A stretch of 64,000 nt of DNA from the NCBI GenBank assembly GCA_039811705.1, contig JBDHZD010000006.1, positions 690-64,689 on the forward strand, read 5' to 3'. Under the pieces are notes generated by a model. It ran no database searches. It had not been told where the DNA came from and saw only the letters and a program-made list of their open reading frames with translations. This document shows positions 28,174 through 36,863 of this stretch, piece after piece; the first letter of the stretch is position 1; each line of letters opens with the position of its first letter. This DNA comes from Fimbriimonadaceae bacterium. GTDB lineage: Bacteria > Armatimonadota > Fimbriimonadia > Fimbriimonadales > Fimbriimonadaceae. A program made the position numbers and the translations under genes.

Positions 28174-29883
28174 ATGCCCGTCGGCAGATTCCTGCTGTGC
28201 CTCCACTCGCACATGCCCTATGTGCTCTCGCACGGCAAGTCGCCGCACGGCACCGACTGGATCAACGAAAGCGCGGCCGAGTGCTACCTGCCCATCCTCC
28301 ACGCCCTCGATAGGCTGCTGCAACAGGACATCCGGCCGCGCTGGACGATCAACCTCACGCCAATCCTCGCCGAGCAACTCGACGATCCAGCGTTCAAGGA
28401 CGGCTTCGAAGACTACTGCCAGTCCAAGATCGACTTCGCCATCGCCGACCAAAGACGCTTCCAAATCGAGGGGCCTTTGTGGATGGAGGGCCTCGCCCAC
28501 ATGTGGCAGCGGTGGTACACGCGTCAGCTTGTCCAATTCAAACACCAGTGGGGCCGCTCGATCTGCGAGGGCTTCCGCTTCTTTCAGGAGCAAGGGAGCA
28601 TCGAGATCATCACGTGCGGCGCGACCCACGGCTATCTCCCCCTGTTGGCCACCGAAGAGTCCGTCCAGGCCCAAGTCAAGCTGGCCGTCTCCAGCCACAC
28701 CAAGCGCTTCGGCAAGCCCCCGCGCGGCATCTGGCTCCCAGAGTGCGCCTACCGCCCGGCCTATGCCTGGAAGTCGCCCGTCGCCGACGAGGAACCTTGG
28801 GCGCGCAAGGGCGTCGAGCATTTCCTCAAGGAGAACGGCCTCGAGTACTTCTTCGTGGATTCCCACATGATCCGTGGCGGCGCGCCGCTCGGCACCTACG
28901 CGGGCAAGTTCCCCCAGCTCGCCGAGCTGTTCGCCCGAAGCGCCAAGTACTTCACGCCGCCCCCCGAGGAGCGCAGCGAGTACGAACGCTACGCCCTGCC
29001 GAACGGCGTGCAACTCTACGCCCGCGACCCCGAGACCACGGTCAAGGTGTGGTCGGGAGACCACGGATACCCCGGCGACGCCCGCTACCTTGAGTTCCAC
29101 AAGCAGCTGTATCCGGGACGCTTGCGCTACTGGGCGATCAGCGAAGACAAACGAGACCTTGGCGCCAAGCGACCCTACAACCCCTGGGAAGCCTACGAGC
29201 AGATCCCGAACCACGCCGAGGACTTCGTCCAGACCCTGAAAGGCACGCTGGCCCACTACAAAGGCACCAAGGACAAGGTCGGGACGCTTGTCGCGATGTA
29301 CGACACCGAATTGTTCGGGCATTGGTGGTGGGAGGGACCCGAGTTCCTCTACGAATGCGCCCTCCGTATGCACAACGACCCCGACCTACAGTGTGTCACG
29401 GGAGGCGAACTACTCGACCTCGAGCCGCCCGCCGCGACGATCACCCTCCCCGAAGGCTCGTGGGGCGAAGGCGGCTATCACTTCGTATGGCTCAACGAGG
29501 ACAACGCATGGACGTGGCCCAAACTCCATGCGGCGCAAAAGTCCATGATCGGCATCGCCCAAGAATGCCGCACCGGCCTGGCCAAGCGCATCGCCGAACA
29601 ATGTGCCCGCGAACTCCTGTTGGCGGAAGCCTCCGACTGGCAGTTTCTCATCTCGACGCAATCCGCGCGCGACTACTCCGAGGTCCGATTCGACGACCAT
29701 ATCGAACGCTTCGGTCGGCTCGCCGACCTTGCCCGCCGCGTCTTGGACGGCGCGACGCTCACTCTGGGAGAACAGGCGTTCCTTGAGGATTGCGAGCAGA
29801 AAGATGCCCCATTTCCCGAGATCGACCTCGACTACTGGGCCCATCTGGACCAAACGCTAGGCAGCGAAATCCACCTCGGATAG
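28174..29883 (+). CDS. GH57-family 1,4-alpha-glucan branching enzyme
   Basis: CLHSHMPYV, HGTDWINESAAECYLPIL, and WLPECAY are typical GH57 motifs. 569 aa. TACAAT sits 5 nt upstream of the ATG. Confidence 0.9.
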   Translation: MPVGRFLLCLHSHMPYVLSHGKSPHGTDWINESAAECYLPILHALDRLLQQDIRPRWTINLTPILAEQLDDPAFKDGFEDYCQSKIDFAIADQRRFQIEGPLWMEGLAHMWQRWYTRQLVQFKHQWGRSICEGFRFFQEQGSIEIITCGATHGYLPLLATEESVQAQVKLAVSSHTKRFGKPPRGIWLPECAYRPAYAWKSPVADEEPWARKGVEHFLKENGLEYFFVDSHMIRGGAPLGTYAGKFPQLAELFARSAKYFTPPPEERSEYERYALPNGVQLYARDPETTVKVWSGDHGYPGDARYLEFHKQLYPGRLRYWAISEDKRDLGAKRPYNPWEAYEQIPNHAEDFVQTLKGTLAHYKGTKDKVGTLVAMYDTELFGHWWWEGPEFLYECALRMHNDPDLQCVTGGELLDLEPPAATITLPEGSWGEGGYHFVWLNEDNAWTWPKLHAAQKSMIGIAQECRTGLAKRIAEQCARELLLAEASDWQFLISTQSARDYSEVRFDDHIERFGRLADLARRVLDGATLTLGEQAFLEDCEQKDAPFPEIDLDYWAHLDQTLGSEIHLG

Positions 29884-29886
29884 CTC

Positions 29887-30273
29887 CTAGTGGATCGTTT
29901 CCACGGGCTCGCTCAGCAGCACGGCGTAGCCGTCCGGATCGGCAACCAAAAACGTGCGCTCTCCCCACAGGGCGTTCTGCAAGCCGCGCAACACGTGGAA
30001 TCGGCTGAGTTCGATGGTCTTTGCCAGTTCGGCCAAGCCACTCACCATCAGGTTGATGACCAGTCCACCGCTCCGGTCGAGGGCAGGGTTCTGCTCATGC
30101 TTGGGCTGTTGGAGCAAGAGAATCTCGGCCGTTCCCGCCACGAGGCGGGCGACGCGATGCCCATCCCAAGTGTCGGTAGACGCCACACGCAAGCCCAGGA
30201 CGCCGGAATAGAACTCCAGCGAGCGATCCAAATCCGCGACGTCCAAGATGAGTTTCGATAGAGTGCCGCCCAT
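29887..30273 (-). CDS. VOC/glyoxalase-family protein
   Basis: I trimmed the ORF to MGGTLSKLILDVADLDRSLEFYSGVLGL, the beta-alpha-beta-beta-beta module start. Confidence 0.8.
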   Translation of the reverse strand: MGGTLSKLILDVADLDRSLEFYSGVLGLRVASTDTWDGHRVARLVAGTAEILLLQQPKHEQNPALDRSGGLVINLMVSGLAELAKTIELSRFHVLRGLQNALWGERTFLVADPDGYAVLLSEPVETIH

Positions 30274-30322
30274 GGCGCAGTTTCCTATGGGCGATTGATT
30301 CGCCGCCTCCTGCGGCCCTCCT

Positions 30323-30961
30323 TTATCTTGGGTCGCTCCCGCCACGATCTTCTGGGCGTCCGGTTCGCCAAATGCGTTCCATGTCGTCCCATGTGGCGAG
30401 CGGTTCGTCCAGATCTTGTCTGGTCAGTCCCGTGATGCCAAGGGCCTCCAGAACGGGTCGATCCTGTCGCAGACCCGCCAGCCGGCCCTCAGCGGTCGGT
30501 TCGACGGGACCATGTGGCGCTGTCCGGCGCCAATCCAGATCCCAGGCGCGCACGACATGTTGCATGAGGCGGCACTTCGGACCATGGTCGGTCGGCTCGA
30601 CTGAAAACATGAGAACCGCTTCCATGCCATTGCCTTTCCAATGCACCCTCGCGACGCCTTGCGCTCCCAGAGCAAACACCTGGGTTTCTATCGTGGGATC
30701 GAGAGCGCTCCACGCCTTGGCGCGAGGCACAACCAGTTCGCGAATCAACCGCTCGGCGCCAGACGGTTCAAGACCCAGCCGCTTCAGTTCGTCCGGATCC
30801 GTGTACGCCGCAAGCGTCGCCGCATCTCCAGCGACGAAGGCCTCGGCGATTCGAAGCGCATGGTGGTCGAGCCCCGGGGGCCGCTGGATGGCCGCGACCC
30901 AGGTCGCGGCCAAACCGAGCACGGCCAAAGCGGCCCATCCGAACGGGATCAGCCTTCGCAA
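30323..30961 (-). CDS. Membrane-anchored hypothetical protein (212 aa), last gene of the 32335-30323 operon
   Basis: Candidate TTG start at 30961 gives MRRLIPFGWAALAVLGLAATWVAAIQ. It overlaps the upstream stop by 13 nt. The start call is uncertain. Confidence 0.5.
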   Translation of the reverse strand: MRRLIPFGWAALAVLGLAATWVAAIQRPPGLDHHALRIAEAFVAGDAATLAAYTDPDELKRLGLEPSGAERLIRELVVPRAKAWSALDPTIETQVFALGAQGVARVHWKGNGMEAVLMFSVEPTDHGPKCRLMQHVVRAWDLDWRRTAPHGPVEPTAEGRLAGLRQDRPVLEALGITGLTRQDLDEPLATWDDMERIWRTGRPEDRGGSDPR

Positions 30962-31230
30962 GTCCCACCGCTGCAGAAGAGTCCCGGGAAGTAGCGCTTG
31001 TAGCGGATCGTCACCGGATTGTTGCCGCAAAAGGCCGGCGTGCTCTCGCACATGCAACAGCCGCCAGCGGCCGGGTTGTAGCACGCGAACGAGGACGGCC
31101 CGTACTCGGTGGGCGAGCAGTTGTCCGTGCTCACGCATGCATCGGGTGCAAAGCCCCAGTTGCAGGGGTAGGGAGAGGCCAGTACGGCACAGCCGACGAG
31201 CGTGGCGAGGAGGAGTCTCTTCAGTTTCAT
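30949..31230 (-). CDS. Cys-rich lipoprotein (93 aa, 12 Cys)
   Basis: MKLKRLLLATLVGC has the lipobox LVGC. The mature part is PYPCNWGFAPDACVSTDNCSP...FACYNPAAGGCCMCE...AFCGNN...LFCSGGTCEG. The ATG forms an ATGA overlap with the upstream stop. Confidence 0.65.
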   Translation of the reverse strand: MKLKRLLLATLVGCAVLASPYPCNWGFAPDACVSTDNCSPTEYGPSSFACYNPAAGGCCMCESTPAFCGNNPVTIRYKRYFPGLFCSGGTCEG

Positions 31231-31793
31231 GGTTCTCCTTGTGCGCGCTCCCACCATCGCAGGTCGCCCCAGTCGCCGCGTTGGGTGCGCGTGACCAGAG
31301 AACCGCCGACGGTGACGCCGAACGCGTGTTTGGTCGTTTGGGGAGCGTGCAAATCGGTGGTGGCCGTCTTGTGGTTGATGTCGACGACTTCAATGGCGGC
31401 GGAATGGACGCGGGCCACGTGGGCGGCAAAGTCGGTCCGTGGTGTCGCCGGCTGCCGATCGACGGCCATCAGGATGTAGCCGATGGCTCCGGGGTTCTGG
31501 ATGTATTCGTTCGGTGTTCGCGGGCAATGCAGCAGTCGAGGGTCGAGCTTGTCGCGCACGGCAAACGTTAGGAACGGGGGATATCCCATCGCGACGGCCG
31601 AACCCTCGGTCGCCCCGCCGTGGTCCTCGCGGTAGATCGCCAGCGCCAAATGCACCTGGCGGAGGTTGTTGACGCAGTTGCTCTGCCGACCACGCTCCAC
31701 AACGCCAAGAAGGACGGGCGACAGGAGGGCGGCCAGCACTCCTACGATCGCCGCCACCGCAAGCAACTCGGCCAAAGTGGCCCCGCGCTTCAC
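31227..31793 (-). CDS. Prepilin-type N-terminal cleavage/methylation protein (DUF1559-like pseudopilin)
   Basis: MKRG|ATLAELLAVAAIVGVLAALL (G at -1, E at +5), followed by RGRQSNCVNNLRQVHLALAIYREDHGG. Confidence 0.8.
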   Translation of the reverse strand: MKRGATLAELLAVAAIVGVLAALLSPVLLGVVERGRQSNCVNNLRQVHLALAIYREDHGGATEGSAVAMGYPPFLTFAVRDKLDPRLLHCPRTPNEYIQNPGAIGYILMAVDRQPATPRTDFAAHVARVHSAAIEVVDINHKTATTDLHAPQTTKHAFGVTVGGSLVTRTQRGDWGDLRWWERAQGEP

Positions 31794-32335
31794 GAGCGAT
31801 CCCCCAGCGGCAGGTTGGGATCGTCGATAGGGGTCTGCTGGAACGCGGCGAGCCGCCCGTCTGCCTCAAGCAGGTGGCTCCGGGGCACGAACCGAGGAGC
31901 CAAAGATGCGGTCAACGACCCGTCTTCATCGGCGTAAAGGTGGGCGGGCTCGGGAACGCGGTCGCGCCAACGCGCCACTTCCCCTCGCGATCCTTGTACC
32001 ACCACGACGACTCGCGAGTACGACCTGGGGTCGATGCGCTCCAAGGGCCGAAGGGGCTCGGCGCTGCATGTCGAGCACGCGCCCGCCAGAACGACGAGCA
32101 ACGGGCCGGAAGGGCGATCCCCCAAATAGCGATCTGCCCGCAACTCGACCCGACCGCCGACTGCCGGGTCCGGCAAGACCGACGGACGCGCCTGCTCGAG
32201 ACGCCACGCCTCGGAACGCGCCGAAGCGATGTGCCCAAAGCCAAACACCAAACCCGCCGACAGAACGGCAGAGGCCGCCAACGCAACAGCTCCGGAGGTT
32301 GCACCACACTTCATCATGAGTACTATAGTACTCAC
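31790..32335 (-). CDS. Membrane-anchored TlpA/ResA-like thioredoxin-fold protein (CSTC)
   Basis: TM segment AVALAASAVLSAGLVFGFG. PLLVVLAGACSTCSAEPL is a CxxC motif in Trx context. The tracked start is GTG 32335. ATG 32317 or 32314 is likely if the transcript is leaderless. Confidence 0.6.
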   Translation of the reverse strand: MSTIVLMMKCGATSGAVALAASAVLSAGLVFGFGHIASARSEAWRLEQARPSVLPDPAVGGRVELRADRYLGDRPSGPLLVVLAGACSTCSAEPLRPLERIDPRSYSRVVVVVQGSRGEVARWRDRVPEPAHLYADEDGSLTASLAPRFVPRSHLLEADGRLAAFQQTPIDDPNLPLGDRS

Positions 32336-32351
32336 TACTTGCGTCTGTCAA
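32322..32351 (-). promoter_or_regulatory. Sigma70-type promoter TTGACA-N18-TATAGT placed 4 nt upstream of ATGATG (leaderless-type)
   Basis: The minus strand reads TTGACA (32351..32346), an 18-nt spacer, TATAGT (32327..32322), ACTC, then ATGATG (32317..32312). Confidence 0.4.
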
Positions 32352-32372
32352 GCCTCCGGAGGCTCTTTTTTT
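32351..32372 (+). terminator. Palindrome AGCCTCCGGAGGCT followed by CT7 (terminator geometry on the plus strand)
   Basis: 14-nt perfect palindrome at 32351-32364, then CTTTTTTT. It sits between the pntB stop (32385) and the module promoter. The U-tract is on the strand opposite to both flanking genes. Confidence 0.4.
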
Positions 32373-32384
32373 CGAATAGCCCTG

Positions 32385-33782
32385 CTAGTGCGCGTCCAAC
32401 GCGGCGGTGATCTTGCCGATCGTCGCCTTGGCGTTGCCAAACACCATCACGGTGTTGTCGTTCAGGAACAGGTCGTTCTCGACGCCTGCGAATCCCGCGC
32501 CCATGCCGCGCTTGCTCACGATGACCGTCTTGGCCTTGTCCACATCCAAAATCGGCATGCCGTAGATGGGACTCTGGGGGTCGGAACGGGCCGCCGGGTT
32601 GACCACGTCGTTCGCACCGATGACCAGCGCCACGTCCGTCTCAGGGAACAGCGGGTTGATCTGCTCGAGTTCGTACAGGTCCTCGTAGGGCACGTCGGCC
32701 TCGGCCAGCAACACGTTCATATGACCCGGCATGCGCCCCGCCACGGGGTGAACGGCGTACTTCACGTCGATGCCCATGGCCCGCAACTTGGCCGCCATCT
32801 CCTTCACCTGGTGCTGCGCTTGAGCGACAGCCATGCCGTATCCGGGCACCACCACCACCGACGACGCATTCTCCATCAGAATCGCCGCATCCTCGGGGGA
32901 GAACGACTTCGGCTGTTTGGCCACCTTGTTGGAAGATCCGCTCGACAGCACCATGCCGGTCGAGGAGAACAGCACGTGCCCCAGCGTCCGGTTCATGGCG
33001 ACGCACATCTGCAGCGTCAGGATGAGACCGCTCGCGCCGACCAGCGCACCGCCGATGAGCAGCGACGTGTTGAGCAACACGAAGCCCGCCAAGCCCGCAG
33101 CACAGCCCGTGAACGAGTTGAGCAACGAGATGACCACGGGCATGTCTGCACCGCCGATCGGTGAAACCGCCGAGATGCCGAGCACGAGCGAAAGCACCAT
33201 CAGCGTGATGAACGCCGCGGGAGTCACCAAACCGAAGAACAGGATCATGGCCGCCAGCGCCAGCGTGAACGCCGCCAACAGCAGGTTCACCGTCGAGTGG
33301 CCCTTGAAGGTCAACGGGCGGCCGGGCAACAGTTCCTGCAGCTTGCCATACGCGATCAAGCTGCCCGAGAAGCTGATCGTGCCGATGATGGCCGAAAGCA
33401 CCGTGGTCACGCGCTGGACGGTGTCGGGAGTTTGGTGGTGCCCGTTGACCGCGGCGAGAAACTCGAACAAGGCGACCAAGGCCACCGCGCCGCCACCCAG
33501 CCCGTTCAGCAATGCGACCATCTGCGGCATGGCCGTCATCTGCACGCGATAAGCCGCCATCAGGCCGCCGATGGTGCCCACCACGACCGCACCCGCGATC
33601 CAGACCAGGTTCTCCGGCTTGATGTCGGGGTTGAAGAACGTGGCGCCGATCGCGATGGCCATACCCAGCATCGCAAGCTGGTTGCCCTTGCGCGCCGTGC
33701 GCGGCGAGTTCATCAGCTTCATCGCGAGGATGAAGCACACCGCACCCGCCAAGTAGGCGATGTCGATGAATTCCTTGTTCAT
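32385..33782 (-). CDS. pntB: NAD(P) transhydrogenase subunit beta
   Basis: 465 aa, multi-TM N-terminus, and C-terminal dIII domain (PGYGMAVAQAQH, HPVAGRMPGHMNVLLAEA). Confidence 0.95.
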   Translation of the reverse strand: MNKEFIDIAYLAGAVCFILAMKLMNSPRTARKGNQLAMLGMAIAIGATFFNPDIKPENLVWIAGAVVVGTIGGLMAAYRVQMTAMPQMVALLNGLGGGAVALVALFEFLAAVNGHHQTPDTVQRVTTVLSAIIGTISFSGSLIAYGKLQELLPGRPLTFKGHSTVNLLLAAFTLALAAMILFFGLVTPAAFITLMVLSLVLGISAVSPIGGADMPVVISLLNSFTGCAAGLAGFVLLNTSLLIGGALVGASGLILTLQMCVAMNRTLGHVLFSSTGMVLSSGSSNKVAKQPKSFSPEDAAILMENASSVVVVPGYGMAVAQAQHQVKEMAAKLRAMGIDVKYAVHPVAGRMPGHMNVLLAEADVPYEDLYELEQINPLFPETDVALVIGANDVVNPAARSDPQSPIYGMPILDVDKAKTVIVSKRGMGAGFAGVENDLFLNDNTVMVFGNAKATIGKITAALDAH

Positions 33783-34072
33783 CGCCCGCCCTCCCGTTTG
33801 CGCGCCTTGAACATCTGCAACATGCGGTCGGTGACCGCGAAGCCGCCGACGACGTTGAGCGTTCCAAAGATCACAGCCGCCGTGCCGAGTGTCAGCATCA
33901 ACGGTCCGTCGGCCGTGCCAAGGACGATGATGCCGCCCACCAGGATGACCCCGTGGATCGCGTTCGTGGCGGACATCAGGGGCGTGTGGAGCGTTTGAGG
34001 CACCTTCGAGATAACCTCCAACCCCACGAAAACGGCGAGAATCAGGACCGTTGCAAGTTCGACGATGCTCAA
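33779..34072 (-). CDS. pntAB: NAD(P) transhydrogenase alpha subunit part 2 (membrane part)
   Basis: TTG 34072 follows GGAGG and forms a TTGA overlap with the pntAA stop. Sequence includes HTPLMSATNAIHGVILVG. The tracked 395-aa ORF is over-extended. Confidence 0.85.
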   Translation of the reverse strand: MSIVELATVLILAVFVGLEVISKVPQTLHTPLMSATNAIHGVILVGGIIVLGTADGPLMLTLGTAAVIFGTLNVVGGFAVTDRMLQMFKARKREGGR

Positions 34073-35223
34073 GAGCCCGCCTCCTTCTGCATCAGCAACC
34101 GCGTGGGCTCGTGAACGATGCGTCCCTCGTGGGTCACCATCGTGTCCCGAATGATTTGATCTTCCATGTCGAGTTTCAGCTGGCCCTCCGGAGCCAGATT
34201 CATCAGGAATTCGGCAACGTTCTTCGAATACATCATGCTGGCGTCGTGCGCCATCTCGGACAGCAGGTGGATCGGCCCGCAAACGGTCACGCCGTCCACC
34301 ACGACCTCTTCGCCCGGTACCGATGCCTCGCAGTTGCCGCCATTGGGAGCCGCGAGGTCGACGATCACGCCGCCACGCGGCATCTTGCCCACCATTTCGC
34401 GTGTGATGAGCACGGGCGCGGGCTTGCCGGGGATGAGCGCGGTGGTGATGACCACGTCGTTTTTGGCCAGCCTCGAGGCGATCAGGTCGAGTTCCTTGGC
34501 GTGCGTGTCGCCCGAAACTTCCTTGGCGTAGCCCGACGCGTCTTGAGCGTCGTCGAGGACGATGTCCATCGAAACGAACTTCGCGCCCAGGCTCTCGACT
34601 TGCTCCTTGACCGCTGGGCGGACGTCGAACGCTTCGACCGTCGCGCCAAGGCGCTTGCACGTGGCGATGGCCTGCAGCCCGGCCACGCCGGCGCCGATGA
34701 CGAGCACGCGGGCGGGAGGCACGGTACCCGCGGCCGTCATCAGCAAGGGAAAGAACTTGGGCAGACGGGACGCCGCCAGCAGAGAAGCCTTGTACCCCGC
34801 GATGGTGCTCATCGCGCTCAACGCGTCCATCCGCTGGGCGCGCGTGATGCGGGGAATCAAGTCCATCGAAAAGCCCGTGACCTGGTGCTTCACCAGACTG
34901 TCCACGACGCCCGGATTCGTTTGGGGCATCAGGAAGGAGAGGAACATCGAACCCGGCTTGCCCCATACGGGCGCGACGCCGTCCTTGTCCCAGGGGCCGC
35001 TGACCCGGACCAGGATGTCCGCATCGCCGGCGACCGCTTCGGCAGAAGGAAGAACGTCGCCACCGGCGTCGCGATAGCTTTGGTCTTGGAAGGAGGCCGC
35101 ATCGCCCGCGCCCGATTGAACGGCGACGGTGAATCCGTGCGACACGAGGTTCTTGACGGTTTCCGGAGTCAGCGCAACCCTGCGCTCGCCCGGCTGTGTT
35201 TCGGTCAGTACACCGACTCGCAA
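34069..35223 (-). CDS. pntAA: NAD(P) transhydrogenase alpha subunit part 1 (dI)
   Basis: TTG 35223 follows GAGGTG. MRVGVLTETQPGERRVALTPE start and VLVIGAGVAGLQAIA Rossmann motif. Confidence 0.9.
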   Translation of the reverse strand: MRVGVLTETQPGERRVALTPETVKNLVSHGFTVAVQSGAGDAASFQDQSYRDAGGDVLPSAEAVAGDADILVRVSGPWDKDGVAPVWGKPGSMFLSFLMPQTNPGVVDSLVKHQVTGFSMDLIPRITRAQRMDALSAMSTIAGYKASLLAASRLPKFFPLLMTAAGTVPPARVLVIGAGVAGLQAIATCKRLGATVEAFDVRPAVKEQVESLGAKFVSMDIVLDDAQDASGYAKEVSGDTHAKELDLIASRLAKNDVVITTALIPGKPAPVLITREMVGKMPRGGVIVDLAAPNGGNCEASVPGEEVVVDGVTVCGPIHLLSEMAHDASMMYSKNVAEFLMNLAPEGQLKLDMEDQIIRDTMVTHEGRIVHEPTRLLMQKEAGS

Positions 35224-35299
35224 ATAGGCACCTCTGACCCGCAGTGCTGATGCTCGCGAGTCTTGCCTAGCATTCCACGCCGGGGACCTCGAATCCTGC

Positions 35300-36853
35300 G
35301 TGTTGGGACCTTTTGATGCAACGCTTTCGCCCAAACAAGCGTATGGGAAGGTTTCGGACGTTCGTAGGCACCCTGCGGAGGATTGCCGGGACCACGACGT
35401 AGTCCATTCCAACGTGGCACGTTCTTCTTCCATCCGCAACGTCGTGGTCGTCGGTGCCGGCGTCGGCGGCCTGAGCGCAGCCATCCATGCCAGATTGCGC
35501 GGCTGGGATGTCATGGTGGTGGAACAAAGCGACCAATGCGGAGGCAAAGCCGCCGGCATCGAAATCGGTGGGTTCCACCTGGACCCCGGGCCGTCCATCA
35601 TCATCCTCCCCGAAGTCTATCGAGACGTGTTCCGCAGGGCTGGCCGGGAACCGGACGACTACCTGCGGTTCCACCGTCTGGAGACGCTTTCCCGCGTGTT
35701 CTTTGAAGGCCGCGACCCGCTCGACCTACCCGCAGACACGCTCGGATGCGAAGAAGTGGTCCGCCGAATCGCACCGAACGATCTCCCCGCATTCCGCACC
35801 CTGATGGCCAAACTCGAGCCGTGCGTCGCACCTCTGGAGCAGGCCGTATTCGCGTCCCCCATCCTTCGCTCGGCCGACCTGCTTCGTCCGGGCCTCTTGC
35901 GGTTTGGGCTGAAGTTCAATCCATTCGCGAATTACAAGCGCATGATCGATGGCTGGTTCGAATCGCCGATTCTGCGGGCGTTCTTCTACGGGTTCCCCAG
36001 CTACAGCGGCCAAACCTACCACGACCACGCCCCCGGCGCACTGCTGATTCCGTACTACATGCTCAGCCGAGGCGTTTTCTTTCCCGAAGGCGGCGTGCGC
36101 GCCATCCCCAGAGCCCTTGAGCGTCTCGCGCGCGAACTGGGCGTTGAATTCCGGTTCGGCGTCAAGTTCGAAGAGTTCGTCGGCCCATCGGCCTTTCGCA
36201 CCTCGAACGGCGACCGTGTCGATGCCGACGCGATCATCTGCAATGTGGACAAACTCACCGCCACACGCACCAAGGGATTGAAGCCCAGCTTGAGCTACTT
36301 CACCCTCCATTGGGGGCTGGACAAGACGCTCGCTGGCCTCGGCCACCACAATCTGGTCATCCCCAAGAACTTCGAGGCAGGGTTCGAATCGCTCTACCAA
36401 GACCGCTTCCCGCGTCCGCCGATCGTCTACTTGAACGCGACGGCCCGGCTGGACCCCGAGGCCGCCCCGGAAGGCTCGGCCAATCTCTTCGCTGTGGTCA
36501 CGGTGCCCGCCGACCTTCCGGAGTTGGAATGGTCCGCGCGGGGACCCGAGTACCGCGAGGCCGTTGTCAATGAAATCCGCAAGGCCGGTCTGTGGTGGCG
36601 CGACGACGAGGTCGTGTTCGAGCGCGTCCAAGACCCCGCCTACTTCGCACGAGCTCACGGCAACTACATGGGTTCGCTGTACGGACCCGAGCAGAAGCAA
36701 CGGCATCTGGGCCTGTTCCCGCTCACCAATTGGGACCCGGATCACCCGAGGCGCGCCTACGTCGGCGGGTCGGTCCAACCTGGAGCGGGCCTTCCGATGG
36801 TCACGCTGAGCGGTCGTTTCGCCGTCGAAGCCCTCGCCAAAGCCAACCCCTGA
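35300..36853 (+). CDS. Phytoene-desaturase-family FAD oxidoreductase (CrtI/CrtD-like)
   Basis: VVVVGAGVGGLSAAIHARLRGWDVMVVEQSDQCGGKA dinucleotide-binding start. C-terminal YVGGSVQPGAGLPMV. The start is uncertain (GTG 35300 or GTG 35414). Confidence 0.8.
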   Translation: MLGPFDATLSPKQAYGKVSDVRRHPAEDCRDHDVVHSNVARSSSIRNVVVVGAGVGGLSAAIHARLRGWDVMVVEQSDQCGGKAAGIEIGGFHLDPGPSIIILPEVYRDVFRRAGREPDDYLRFHRLETLSRVFFEGRDPLDLPADTLGCEEVVRRIAPNDLPAFRTLMAKLEPCVAPLEQAVFASPILRSADLLRPGLLRFGLKFNPFANYKRMIDGWFESPILRAFFYGFPSYSGQTYHDHAPGALLIPYYMLSRGVFFPEGGVRAIPRALERLARELGVEFRFGVKFEEFVGPSAFRTSNGDRVDADAIICNVDKLTATRTKGLKPSLSYFTLHWGLDKTLAGLGHHNLVIPKNFEAGFESLYQDRFPRPPIVYLNATARLDPEAAPEGSANLFAVVTVPADLPELEWSARGPEYREAVVNEIRKAGLWWRDDEVVFERVQDPAYFARAHGNYMGSLYGPEQKQRHLGLFPLTNWDPDHPRRAYVGGSVQPGAGLPMVTLSGRFAVEALAKANP

Positions 36854-36863
36854 ACATTGAAGC

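Noticed and set aside
28162-29373. 403-aa ORF antisense to the GH57 gene
   Set aside because: It lies fully inside and opposite a gene with strong family motifs. Its product is Gly/Arg/Val-rich low-complexity sequence, typical of the antisense frame in GC-rich DNA.
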